NCBI RefSeq assembly: GCF_964355755.1
Contig: NC_092673.1
Span: 31,121,648-31,185,647, forward strand
DNA: 64,000 nt
Reading direction: 5' to 3'
Source of the DNA: Antedon mediterranea
Taxonomy: Eukaryota; Animalia; Echinodermata
A program made the translations under genes and the position numbers. The first letter of the stretch is position 1. Each line of letters starts with the position of its first letter. This document shows, one piece after another, positions 12,522-26,350 of the stretch. The notes under the pieces were generated by a model. That model was not told the origin of the DNA and did no database searches. It saw nothing but the letters and a program-made list of their open reading frames with translations.

Positions 12522-14742
12522 AGCTTGGTTCCCACTAGCAACGCAACGTTAACGTAACGCAATCTACGCAACGTAAGCCAATGCCCTCCCAATAATTGTG
12601 TTTTCCCCTGTGTGAAATCAAACCTACGATCTTTGCAGCACTGTTGCGTCGTCGGTTCCCACTTGTGATTACGCAATACAGCGCTTTTCGTCAATACGTC
12701 GTTGCGTTGCGTTCTAGTGGGAACCACGCTTTAGGAAGAGTGGTTATTTTGTCTAGAAGAGGGTAATTGATTAGTCTATGTAAGAAAAATTATATTGAAA
12801 GCTAAATTAATTAATGAATTGGTTTGTAAGAACAAAATGGCTGACATGTTTCTGGTTGTGTTTTGGTTGTTGAAGAAGTACGACATTATCTTTTTTTTAA
12901 TATTCAGCATGTCATATATTTCGAGCCTGTTAGTGAAAACGCTTGCGGGGACATACTGGGGACCATAATAGAACTAATTAATCAGTAGCAGTTTTAACAT
13001 TGCTGCTAGCCTTTGAATGGTGTGTGGGTGATTGAACTTTATCCACGTAATAACCTGCATGCGGATAGTGCATTTTCAGTCCATTTCATCGTCTGGCGCC
13101 CAGCCTGGCGATCAAAAAATGAACGATTATTATCAATCTGACTGCACTAAAATATTACATCACAATTAGGTGGCTTAGGTATCCAACGTCGAGCTTCCTC
13201 TGTTAAGTAGGGTTTTTAAAGCCGTTTTATGTTGTTTTCCAGACTAAAATATGCGTAGGCATGTTTTTTTATTTTAATCTAAACGAAAATGGGGTTGTGG
13301 ATTGTTGAGTCTATCTTGGATGCCATATTATAGTAAACTTTAGTAGGCCTAGTAGTTTTTACCTAAATGGTACATATACATTGTGTTGTAATGATCCTAT
13401 TATTTGAATAATCGATACCATTTGCATTCTAACAGTACCACACGTCTATCATCTATGTTAATCACAAGCCGCATTTTTATCCATTCATTAAATGCTTTGT
13501 TTTTATTACCATGTTTTTGTCAAAATGTCTATTTATATAATCGCAATATTTTAGGATTAAAACGCAATTTATATGTCTCATTACGTAAAAGGGTAAAGCT
13601 ACGTTCACTGTCAAAGTTATGGACGTATGTGCAACGCAAGTAATTGTGACCAATCACAAGCAACGGATCATACAAACTGTCGCTTGTGATTGGTCAACTC
13701 GCCTACGTTCCAAGTGGGACCACTACGTCAAAACGGATACTAAAGCTTGGTTCCCACTAGAACGTAACGCAAGGACGTAAACGCAACGCAAACGTTTTAA
13801 CCAATGACAAGCGAAGTTATAAACAGTTAGCAATCACAAGCGAATAAGCCATATATAACTTCGCTTGTCATTGGTCAACACGCTTACGTTGCGTTTACGT
13901 CCTTGCGTTACGTTCCAGTGGGAACCAAGCTTAAGAGTCACTCGCCCAGACCTACTGTGTACCGAACCGAACCGAATGTGTATTATTGAAAATAATAGGC
14001 CTGGCTTTAATTTTAATATGTTTTCTTTCGCCACCGGTTCTCATGCTTGATGTGTAACTTTAAACTATAATAGTTGGTTTATGTGTCACATTAATTCCAA
14101 AAATTTAAGAAAGAATACTATTAGCATTTTGATTGTTATTTCGTAATTAGTATGGACTATTCATTCATATTCATACTCGTTCTCTTGAAATTAAGATATC
14201 ACATCACCATTCATCAAATGGTTTAGAGTCTTCGTTATTTCAAGAATAAATTGAGTTTCTTCGATCCCATGAAATGTGCTCTCTAAATTGAAGAAATCTT
14301 CGAAGAATTTTATTTAGCTTACTTTTATGGAACTATCTATATAATGAAGAAACATCTGGCATCATCAGGTATCATTTTATCCAGACAATGAATGTAAATA
14401 TAGTCGACCAAGAATGGATCGAAACACCATTTTAACTTTAATAATTATTGAAAGCAGACCTTATTGAAATTACAGTACAATATACAAACGACTTCACCAA
14501 ATAAACATGGATAATTCATGAGTTGTAACTGTCCTAGTGTTCGCCGCGTGATTCTCGTAACGCAATCTACGCAACGTAAATGCCCTTCCAATAATTGTGT
14601 TTGCCCCCGCCTGCGTGAAATCAAACCTGCCATGTTTGCAGCATTGTTTCGTCGTCGGTTCCCACTTGTGTTTACGCAATACAGCTCTTTGCGTCAAAAG
14701 GTCGATGCGTTGCGTTGCGTCGCTAGTATGAACCACGCTTTA
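12522..14742 (-). mobile_element. Further Harbinger-type MITE copies (12522-12730, 13595-13735, 13744-13931, 14555-14739)
   Basis: Same TIRs and internal sequences as families A/B; interval also contains unique DNA. Confidence 0.8.
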
Positions 14743-15292
14743 AGGTCAGATTTAGTTATCACTGCGTTTGGGATTGTTAAAAATAAAATGAAATTCATCA
14801 TAATGAATCCATCGTTCACTGTAACGGTAGAAAGTGTTTGTCCTGTTTTTTTCCAAAACGCACGATTTCATTAACTTGGTTTAATTTATTTAAAAGTGCA
14901 GTATTTACAGAGACAATGAAGCTTCCTATCCACATTCGCTCGTATTCATAACTTAATCAAATTATCTGAGTCGCAGATAACCTCAATTGTATAACTAACA
15001 GACACTGTTTGCATGGTAGATTCTTTGAATGCAATAGAATGTCTGTACCGATTTATTGAGAGCCAGACTTGGCGACAAACATAATTGTTAAAAATCGATT
15101 TTTGTTATTAGCCTTATAATATTATAAGGCAGTGTCGGCAAACCAAGCTGACACCACTACCTTGAGAAAGTGCGATGCTAACGCACGAAACGTTGGTAAG
15201 TTTCAACGTTTATTTTTCACCTTCATGAAAAACGAAAATTTGATTTCAAAAATATTTTGGGAAGGAGATGAATTTTTTTCAATTATAATATT

Positions 15293-15446
15293 AAGCTCTG
15301 TCTACACTATCAAACTAGTTTGACAAAAAAGGTGTGATGTGCCCAAATATGGTAGTGATATGCTCAAATATGTTAGTGATATGATGTCATCGTGTCTATA
15401 TATGGACATTTTTTGTCACATAAAGTTTGATAGTGTACAGAGTTTA
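15293..15446 (+). mobile_element. MITE family D (TIR AGCTCTGTCTACACTATCAAAC); other copies at 33655-33710, 42530-42660, 43751-43892, 44957-45100, 46410-46552, 47957-48020
   Basis: Shared core gtgtgatgtgcccaaatatggtagtgatatg; TIRs flanked by TAA/TTA. Confidence 0.8.
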
Positions 15447-15467
15447 ATACACGCGCAACATCTGTTT

Positions 15468-15584
15468 CTTTTTAGTCGCGTGCAACGCGACTCTACAGCT
15501 CACTATGCCGGTCGGTTGGTCGGTCGGTTGGTCGGTAAACACTAACTTGAGGACGCGACTGTAGCCATGTATATGGCCGTGTTC
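15468..15584 (+). mobile_element. Helentron/DINE-1-like element; fragments also at 27350-27445 and 27585-27620
   Basis: ttttagtcgcg...cgcgact sub-terminal IR, (GGTC/GGTT)n microsatellite, 3' gcgactg.agccatgtat..ggcc.tgtt. Confidence 0.6.
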
Positions 15585-15989
15585 CACCAAGAGATCATTG
15601 AACATTTATCATAAACTGCTCCATACGTGAATTATAACTTCAGCTTTTTGAGATTATGTGCAACAACGCGATAGGTTGTTGAATATGCCGGATCGAAAAC
15701 CAACTTGTACTTTGCGCCGTCTAATTGCTCTACTCCGCGCCCAAAATCCGATAGCGACCATTTTTAATGACCTAGCCGTCTTCGACATCAAGATACGAAA
15801 CGGCGGATAATTGAATAAAAGTTTGCTTAACAAATAACCAATGTTTTGTATTCGTCGAATATTTTAATTCATTAAAAGCTTGACTATCCATTGAACTCGT
15901 CTTTGCCTCGTAAATGCCAATTTACACGGACAAGCTGTAATGGTAAGCGGTAAGCGGTAAGCTAAAATATAGCATTTATGTTACTTCTA

Positions 15990-17714
15990 AAGCGTTGTGT
16001 TCCACTAGAACGCAACGAAACGTAACGCAGCGACGTATCGACGCAAAGTGCTGTATTGCGTAATCACAAGTGGGAACCAACGATGCAACAGTGCTGCAAA
16101 CATCGCAGGTTTGATTTCACACAGGCGGGGGAAAACACAATTATTTGAAGGGCATTTTCTTACGTTGCGTAGGTTGCATTACGGTGCGTCGTTAAGCGTG
16201 GTTCCCACTAGCGACGCAACACAAGGACGTAACGCAACGCAAGTGAATTGACCAATCACAAGCGATGGCTTATTCGCTTGTGATTGCTAACTGTCTATAA
16301 CTTCGCTTGTCATTGGTTAAAACACTTGCGTTGCGTTTACGTCCTTGCGTTACGTTCTAGTGGGAACCAAACTTTATGACGATTTACAGAAAACGAGGAG
16401 TGACGGATGGCACTGGTTAAACGGAAACCCGCTCGGGATAGATAGATACGGATTCTGCGTGAGAGAAGCACGCGGTTTTCCGCTTACCGTTACTGCTCGT
16501 TAATTGGTCTTTTAAGCGTGGTTCCCAAAGTAATGTATTGCGTAATCACAAATGGGAACCGACAACGCAACAGTGCTGCAAAAATCGCAGGTTTGATTTC
16601 ACGCAGGCGGGGGCAAACACAATTATTGGAAGGGCATTTTCTTACGTTGCGTAGGTTGCGATGCTAGTGGGAACCAAGCTTTAAGGGTCTTTCATACCTG
16701 TTCCGGCACGGTTCCGGTCCGGCGAATCGAACATCAATGTTTCGTTTTCATGTGGCTATGCGCCAATCGATATGCGCGTAGCAGCCGCGTGAAAACGAAA
16801 CATTGACGTTCGATTGGATTTTCCGGCGCCGGACCGGAACCGTGCCGGAACAGGTGTGAAAGACCCTTAAAGCGTGGTTCCTACTAGAACGCAACGCAGT
16901 GACGTATCGACGCAAAGTGCTGTATTGCGTAATCACAACCGACGACGAAACAGTGCTGCAAACATCGCATGTTTGATTTCACGCAGGCCCGCCTAGGCGG
17001 GAAAAAACACAATTGTCAGAAGGGCATTTTCTTACGTTGCGTTACGTTGCGTCGCTAGTGGGAACCAAGCTTTACTTATAGATAGCTACATTACCAGGTA
17101 TATAACTGTAATTCCTGACTTTATGAGGACAAGTCTCCGTAATTTAAACTGATTTTTGTTGTTATTAACGAAGAAGACGTCTTATGATCATCTCCTGTGT
17201 ACTATAAATAACATATCACGTGTTCTACACAACAATTATTATTGTTGTTTTTATCGCTTCACTCACAGAGGTTTAAAACATTTATTAGTACATCCCCAGC
17301 TGAGTGATGTGCGATAGTCAAGAGAATTAACTTATGGTTATTATCACATGTCCTAAATTTACAAAAAACGACAGTGTTTTGTGTATTATCATAGAATTAT
17401 TACACAACAACCAAACGTGGCGCAAGGGTATGGTGTTATGTATTCCGTAAGCTTGGTTCCCACTAGAACGTAACGCAAGGACGTAAACGCAACGCAAGCG
17501 TTTTAACCAAAGGCAAGCGAAGTTATAGACAGTTAAGCGTGGTTCCCACTAGAATGTAACGCAAGGACGTAAACGCAACGCAAGCGTTTTAACCAATGAC
17601 AAGCGAAGTTATAGACAGTTAGCAATCACAAGCGAATAAGCCATCGCTTGTGATTGGTCAATTCACTTGCGTTGCGTTACGTCCTTGTGTTGCGTCGCTA
17701 GTGGGAACCACGCT
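15990..17714. mobile_element. Chain of abutting/nested Harbinger-type MITEs (families A, B, C)
   Basis: 15990-16375 (B hosting A), 16514-16680 (B), 16684-16867 (C, TIR AGGGTCTTTCACACCTGTTCCGGCACGG), 16870-17071 (B), 17450-17713 (A within A). Confidence 0.85.
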
Positions 17715-17764
17715 TTAGATGGTGCTGTACCGTACGAACACTAACTGTATATGAGGCACATCCA

Positions 17765-17945
17765 TTTCCGTACCGTAAATTGACGAAACCGTTTGAACTT
17801 TAGCGTGAACCAGACATAAATTAGTTTCCATAAATTGACGAACATGTTCAAACTCTAGTGTGTACCGGACATGTTTCCATAGATTGACGAAACCGTTCGA
17901 ACTCTAGTGTGTACCAGACATAGTTTCCGTACATTGACGAAACCA
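17765..17945. repeat. ~50-bp tandem repeat, about 3.5 units
   Basis: tttcc.ta.attgacgaaaccgtt.gaactctagtgtgtacc.gacat is repeated. Confidence 0.85.
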
Positions 17946-19940
17946 TTACTTATATGTTAGTGTGTGTTAGATATGTTCTAGGCCTATAAGTATGATGGGT
18001 TTGAGTAAAATATAATCACCTGGCATAACAAGTTATGGCGTCATAAAATAATTATTTTAAGTACATTTATAAAACAATAAGATAATAATAATGTATTGCC
18101 TGTTCGTCATTTATTTTCCAAAATGTTATTTTACACCAAATAGTTGTCACCATTCCAAATGGAAGTGCATTGTAAGATTTATGGTTAATCATAAAAACCA
18201 ATGTATTTAAAGCAGTCGTGAAATAATTGCGTAATCATTATTATTATTGCCGTTTTAATGTTTTATTTTTTTATGTTATGTGTAACATTAAATCTATATT
18301 GAATTAATGAAGCTGTCATAAAAAATAAGAATTTAATGATCGAAAATATTGTAAATATTGTTTGGGTTTTTTTATACGTCACAAATAATTATTAGTATTT
18401 CTTTATTTTTTTTTACATCATTTTACATGTTCTGTAGTGACAAATTAAATTGTTTGTAAATTAAAATCATTTTCTCATTTTCTCATTCAAATAAGTCAGT
18501 TGGCAAACTAGAACGTAGGCAAGCCATGACGTAAGCAACATCCGGGGGACAAGAATATTAAAATGGCGAAACTGCAATTTTATTATTCCTTTGATAACCG
18601 TAGTAGAATTTCATCAAAAACTTGTTATTTTATTATTGTTTGAAGCGGATATAACTTTTAAATTTATGATCGATTTTCTTAACGACATTGATCATCAATC
18701 TACTGTTTATGTTCGCATTGGAATTTAATTAGTTCACATTTGTCGTGACGTCACTTCGAGAATTGTGACGTAATGGTTTACCTATTATAGTAAAAACAAA
18801 TTTTCAAAAAATCACTTTAACAACAAATAATCCTTTAATCAATAAAATACTAATCTTAAAACTAATTCAAATAAATAGGCCTATTTCATTAACCTTTTTA
18901 GCATTTTAATATTATTTAATTTAGTATTGCTAGTTTCCATTTAGTTTGATAACTAAATGGAAACTAAAACTTACAAAATTGGAATAAATATTTAAGTCGA
19001 ATTGATTCATTTTAAAGTAGTTTATTATAAGTATTTTATCACGTATTTGTATTATAAATGTATCTATACGCACCTGGGTCTTTAATTTAAAATTATGTAT
19101 AGTTAATTTAATTTAAATGAAACTTCAATGTTTATGAATTGTATTTTTTGGCACAGATGATTGTAGAAAACTATAATTCAATTGTAGAAAAATTAAAATT
19201 TATATTATTGAACCGAGTTTTAAAGAATGTTTAACCAATCGACAAAATCGTTAAAAATTTACCTTCCAATTATTATAAATTCAAACACAGTTGTTTATAA
19301 TCATATAATAAGGAAAGATAATTTTTTTTTAAATTTAAAAAATGGACACAATTCCAAGATGAGATTTTTTTAAAGTGGGACCGCCATGACGTCACTAAAA
19401 ACTGACGAGTATACACTGAGTATACTTTGTATATAGTGGAAAACATTAGGGAAACCCAACTATGTAAAGGACAATTAGCGCTTAGAACTGTTTATTATGA
19501 TTTTATACCACTATAATCGTAAACATCTTTTCAAAACTTCTCTCAATTGAAAATAAATAATGTACAGGAAACTTAATTAAAGAAGGCAACAATTTTAATC
19601 TTATTAACTGACGATAAATTACAACAATGTTAGAAATTGGTCAAATTACTTTGCTCCACTTTGCTGCCCTAGATTTCGAGAAACAATAATCACCACCCAC
19701 CATTCATGACTTAATATTTATCAACTTTATCACGTGGTTTTATTTATAGTCTTTAAATCTCTTTTGTAAAAGATTAAGTGTGTTAGTTATTTTTTACTTA
19801 GCCCAATTCTTTCAAAGCATAAGTTTCAAAGTACAGTATACTACTTGACCATATGCCTATTGATTTTCACAAAAATCTATATATTGGCGTCTTAATAATC
19901 TCGAGTTTTTGTATCTTCAGTAAGGGCCTAATTTTTATAT

Positions 19941-20171
19941 AGCACGCCCTCTGTTGGCCATTCTCCATTTTGCCACAATCTTTGATTTTATCAAGTATTT
20001 TTCTCTCCCTTTCTAAGCGCTTAATTAATCATTCGTACTGACCTGGATTGTAATTTGCATATTCACGTCCAGTGCAGCGGTATTTGCATAGCATTAACGT
20101 GAAAACAATCAATATACGGCGTTTTCGACATTGTAATTTGCATATGCACCAGTGTGCAGTGGTATTTGCAT
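19941..20171. promoter_or_regulatory. CTCF-like site followed by four octamer (ATTTGCAT) motifs
   Basis: TGGCCAACAGAGGGCGTGC (minus strand, 19960-19942); ATTTGCAT at ~20053, 20082, 20137, 20164 within an ~82-bp duplication. Confidence 0.45.
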
Positions 20172-21566
20172 AGCAGTGGAAACAAACAAATGTAGGCCTA
20201 CGTTTTCTACATGGTCGTTTTCTGGACCACCACTTTTAGTGACGGTGAGTTGTTATATATTTGTTGTATTTTCAAAAGCATAAATGGCAAAATTATAGTT
20301 CATTATTCATTTTTGTTACAAAATTGGGAGAAGAAATTTAAAAAAAAATCTCAGAATCTAGATAAAAGGAACGTATGAAGCTTGATGTATTTAAAGTTGT
20401 TGTGCGAGCCTGATCTTTTGTTTAAACTATACGCGGGATAAATTGTGTCTGACCCCGTGCTTTACATGTGAACTGTATGACTTGATTGATTCGTGTGTAT
20501 TGTTACAAAAAGTCTTTTTTTACAAAAGATTAATGATTCCTAAAAGCCGTTTAATGAACAACAAATTAATAACATAATTTAATTATGTCAACCATGCTCG
20601 TGAGTTTGAGTGAAAGTTTTTCTAGATAGTCCGTGGACGTGTGAAGTTGACTAATTGCCCTGCCGCCGTGTTCTGAAGGGCTGCTTATCCACGTAAAAGC
20701 ATCGCGTATCCGATACGTGATTAACTAGATAGTGTGAAAGTTTCAGCGTGTCAGAAAAACGGGTAATGCGTCAGTTTTACGACGTCATTATATTTATATC
20801 ATTAAAGTTGGAAACCGATGGTACATCCTTAATCGATCAAAAACAACCAATTTTGTCCGTAACAGATGAACATGAAACGTGAACAATTGACGCATGCGTA
20901 CAGCAATTGTAGAACTGCGTTACAGGCGATATGTTGTAGCAATTGTTGATGATTAAGATAATATACACATGTCTTATTTTAAACTATACCTCTTTTCTAT
21001 TTCACTAAATTATACTAAAACAATTAATTTCACAATATAATGCTTTTGATGAACGTTTTATGTCTCCGAAGCTAATATATGCCTTACTGAATCTTGGTGA
21101 ATAGTACACGTGACATGACAAATGGCGGTCATGTGATATTAAACAAGAATAAAAAACGTTGGTTTCAACATTTAATATATTAAAATGGTAACATTGTGAA
21201 TTTAAGATATGTGTTTGACATACAGACATACTTTCAATTGTTATTAAAATAATTGCAAGCCATTTTAAGTGTTTAATTGCCCTTCTTTTATGGTAACCTA
21301 TATTTGTGTGTTCTCGATATCATTGAGTCAGTCCCGGGTGCGATTTTGTTTTTCGCACACATAAGTTGGGGACTCCTTATGTGAAAGATAGCTGAGGGAG
21401 GGATTCTAATTATAGACCAAGGCTACTAACTACTAAAACCGGAGTCCCAAAAATGATCTTTAATTGGAGGGAGACCTGTATTTCCTCTCGTTCATTTTGT
21501 CTGGGTAACCTGAATAGGGGTTTTCGGCAACTAATGCGTGATGTGTTATAACAAGTGAAGACAATG

Positions 21567-22129
21567 ATAGCGGACACTTCTCTTGTTTATCTTACCAGCA
21601 GTCAATTAATTATTATTTAAAATGAATGAGTCTGTTTCCTTCTATTGGGCCACTTGAATTATGGGTTGAATAATCTCGTTTATATTAGATAAGGACTTGG
21701 AATTTGAACATGCTTTTTGTATAAATTGATTACATTGATGTTATTAATTATGTAATTTTCATTATAAGACCATCTGCCTGTATCTAATTTAATTTGAATT
21801 CAATAAATCGTGTCTTTAATATAAAGCTTGGTTCCCACTTTTGACCAATCACAAGCGATGTATTATTCGAACTGTCGATTGTCATTGGTCAACTCGCTTG
21901 CGTTACGTCCTTGCTTACTGGTGGTACTGTATTTGTTTGTGGGGGTGTAGATATAAATTACTGTGTATATAACTTGAACTTTATATATACAAGTGTAGTA
22001 AAGTGCTTCATGCATGATTTAGATGATATTAAATATTTTATCAAGTTATGGTAAAATAATTTGATTTTTACTATAACCTTTATACCAACATAACTGTCTA
22101 TAATTTTGAAGAGATGTTGTCTCCCCACC

Positions 22130-22168
<39 letters not shown>

Positions 22169-24527
22169 CACCTTCTCCCTGTCCAATCTAATCATAACCT
22201 TACCTTATGTGACTCATCAACTAAATAGTATTGTAAGTTTTAATAGATGTGGTAGAATTCGGCAATGCAAAGTTAAAACCAACCGTTTTAGAGACTCTTT
22301 TTTCCCATATGCTTGTCATCTATTATTATAATGTACAATTTTCCAGATTGGTTAACGTGTTACGTTTTTATATTGTGTTTTAAATTGTATTGTATCTGTG
22401 TTTCTAACTCATGAAAAAAATTTCATGTATGAAATATTATGTGACAATACATTGAATCTTGAATCTTTACCATTAAAAAAAATCCCAGTGGTCTAATGAT
22501 AGGATGTCTGCATATTAACCAGAATATTCTAGGTTTTATTCTTGGTGGGTTGTAGCCGACGGATTTTTCTCATATTCACTGTTTATATTTTCTCTGTGTC
22601 TGCAAATTTAATATTATTCAAGAATGTAATAATTTGTTTGTTATTGATGACGTCATCTGGTTGGAACTTACTTTCACCACGGGGGACAAGATTACGACCG
22701 TATGGGATAAAGTTGGTTAAAAAATCGACATGCTTTAAGCGTTAGGAAGCAGAGAATGAAATGCTTAAAAAAATATTTTGTACAACTATAGCCAGTTGAC
22801 ATATTTGTGCAAGTCCTGTTTGTAACAATTGTTATTGGATGATATTCAAACTAATATTATTATCTGATTCTTCACATGTGAAATTATAATCTTGTTCAGT
22901 TTGATTTGATTTCTAAAGGCCTTCCATATCAGATTTTCTATTGTTTATCTGTAACTTGATTTGGTTGTACTTTAAAAAAAACATCGATTCTGCCCGCATG
23001 TCAGATCTCCAATGTGTAGTTAGCTTATGTTCATACACGCAGTGATCCAAATTATTTGGAATCCTAATTTGCACATAAATATAAAATATGATACTGTTTC
23101 GTGGAAAAAACAAATAATATGGACAGACGAATGAACGCCGTTTGATGAAAGTGTGGAGCGATCCAGTTAAGCTTGGTTCCCACAATGACGCAATGCATGT
23201 AACGATGCGTTGTGATTGGTCGAATACTTGCTTTGCGCTTAGGTTCTTTTGCTTTTAGGATTCTAGTGAGAACCAATGTTTAGACTACAAGACACAGGTT
23301 AACTCCATATTTACATATCATAACACATAGTAGGTTAATGTATCAGCACTTCACTTACGATTTATTTAGGCCTATAATCGGTCCCTCCCTTTGCCTTTAA
23401 TTGTTTTTCCCGCCCAGACGTCTTTAGGCCTAATATCAGACTATTCGTTATTGGTAACCTTAACTGAGTTTACACGTCAGGATTGATGATGATGTCACAA
23501 AATAGTCATCAATGAAAATGAAATGTTTTATTATCAAAATTGTTTATCTAAAAATTGTTGTCTATACTGATACTAGCTGATATTAATAAATGATAAATGA
23601 TATGAATTATCTCTTTCAAATGGTGTGGGCGCAGACGCCCATCAAATAAACAAAACAAAAACTTATATTCAGCGGGGAGTGTTTGTCTCAATTCAGTTTT
23701 GAATGATTTTGAAGCAATTTAAAACTGGCTATACGTCCAACAAAATGTCCTCTACAGTAGAATAGAGACGTTTCCCTTGAATCGCGTTGATAGCATTTTC
23801 ATTTTGTTCGTTTCATTATGAAATAGTGCCCCTAAATAAACTCCCACGCATCCCTCTCCCCACGTCAACAGAATATTGTTTTATAGAATAGAAATGTTAA
23901 CTTAAATAGGGTGTCCCCTGAATAAGGGTGTCCCCTGAATAAGGGTGTCCTTTAGAAAATTATAGCGGACACTTCTCTTGTTTATCTTACCAGCAGTCAA
24001 TTAATTATTATTTAAAATGAATGAGTCTGTTTCCTTCTATTGGGCCACTTGAATTATGGGTTGAATAATCTCGTTTATATTAGATAAGGACTTGGAATTT
24101 GAACATGCTTTTTGTATAAATTGTTTACATTAATGTTATTAATTATGTAAATTTCATTATAAGTCCATCTGCCTGTATCTAATTTAATTTGAACTCAAAA
24201 TCGTGTCTTTAAATATAAAGCTTGGTTCCCACTTTTGACCAATCACAAGCGATGTATTATTCGAACTGTCGATTGTCATTGGTCAACTCGCTTGCGTTAC
24301 GTCCTTGCTTACTGGTGGTACTGTATTTGTTTGTGGGGGTGTAGATATAAATTACTGTGTATATAACTTGAACTTTATATATACAAGTGTAGTAAAGTGC
24401 TTCATGCATGATTTAGATGATATTAAATATTAATAATATCAAGTTATGGTAAAATAATTTGATTTTTACTATAACCTTTATACCAACATAACTGTCTATA
24501 GTTTTGAAGAGATGTTGTCTCCCCACC

Positions 24528-24577
<50 letters not shown>

Positions 24578-26350
24578 ACCTTCTCCCTGTCCAATCTAAT
24601 CATAACCTTACCTTATGTGACTCATCAACTAAATAGTATTGTAAGTTTTAATAGATGTGGTAGAATTCGGCAATGCAAAGTTAAAACCAACCGTTTTAGA
24701 GACTCTTTTTTCCCATATGCTTGTCATCTATTATTATAATGTACAATTTTCAAGATAATTGGTTAACGTGTTACGTTTTTATATTGTGTTTGTATTGTAT
24801 CTGTGTTTCTAACTCATGAAAAAAATTTCATGTATGAAATATTATGTGACAATACATTGAATCTTGAATCTTTACCATTAAAAAAATCCCAGTGGTCTAA
24901 TGATAGGATGTCTGCATATTAACCAGAATATTCTAGGTTTTATTCTTGGTGGGTTGTAGCCGACGGATTTTTCTCATATTCACTGTTTATATTTTCTCTG
25001 TGTCTGCAAATTTAATATTATTCAAGAATGTAATAATTTGTTTGTTATTGATGACGTCATCTGGTTGGAACTTACTTTCACCACGGGGGACAAGATTACG
25101 ACCGTATGGGATAAAGTTGGTTAAAAAATCGACATCTTTTAAGCGTTAGGAAGCAGAGAATGAAATGCTTAAAAAAATATTTTGTACAACTATAGCCAGT
25201 TGACATATTTGTGCAAGTCCTGTTTGTAACAATTGTTATTGGATTACAGCATGATATTCGAACTAATATTATTATCTGATTCTTCACATGTGAAATTATA
25301 ATCTTGTTCAGTTTGATTTGATTTCTAAAGGCCTTCCATATCAGATTTTCTATTGTTTATCTGTAACTTGATTTGGTTGTACTTTAAAAAAAACCATCGA
25401 TTCTGCCCGCATGTCAGATCTCCAATGTGTAGTTAGCTTATGTTCATACAGGCAGTGATCCAAATTATTTGGAATCCTAATTTGCACATAAATATAAAAT
25501 ATGATACTGTTTCGTGGAAAAAACAAATAATATGGACAGACGAATGAACGCCGTTTGATGAAAGTGTGGAGCGATCCAGTTAAGCTTGGTTCCCACAATG
25601 ACGCAATGCATGTAACGATGCGTTGTGATTGGTCGAATACTTGCTTTGCGCTTAGGTTCTTTTGCTTTTAGGATTCTAGTGAGAACCAATGTTTAGACTA
25701 CAAGACACAGGTTAACTCCATATTTACATATCATAACACATAGTAGGTTAATGTATCAGCACTTCACTTACGATTTATTTAGGCCTATAATCGGTCCCTC
25801 CCTTTGCCTTTAATTGTTTTCCTCGCCCAGACGTCTTTAGGCCTAGTAATATCAGATTATTCGTTATTGGTAACCTTTAACTGAGTTTACACGTCAGGAT
25901 TGATGATGATGTCACAAAATAGTCATCAATGAAAATGAAATGTTTTATTATCAAAATTGTTTATCTAAAAATTGTTGTCTATACTGATACTAGCTGATAT
26001 TAATAAATGATAAATGATATGAATTATCTCTTTCAAATGGTGTGGGCGCAGACGCCCATCAAATAAACAAACAAAAAACTTATATTCAGCGGGGAGTGTT
26101 TGTCTCAATTCAGTTTTGAATGATTTTGAAGCAATTTAAAAGTGGCTATACGTCCAACAAAATGTCCTCTACAGTAGAATAGAGACGTTTCCCTTGAATT
26201 GCGTTGATAGCATTTTCATTTTGTTTGTTTCATTATGAAATAGTGCCCCTAAATAAACTCCCACGCATCCCTCTCCCCACGTCAACAGAATATTGTTTTA
26301 TAGAATAGAAATGTTAACTTAAATAGGGTGTCCCCTGAATAAGGGTGTTC
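21567..26350. repeat. 2.4-kb direct tandem duplication (21567-23950 / 23962-~26350)
   Basis: Near-identical sequence at an offset of ~2395 bp; duplicated ORF-track entries; ~11-bp filler at the junction. Confidence 0.96.
22200..22468 (+). mobile_element. Rex1/CR1-group LINE 3' end (second copy 24610-24873)
   Basis: CGRIRQCKVKTNRFRDSFFPYACHLL* resembles the RT C-terminal T.RF..SFFP motif; (ATCTTGA)n tail. Confidence 0.65.
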
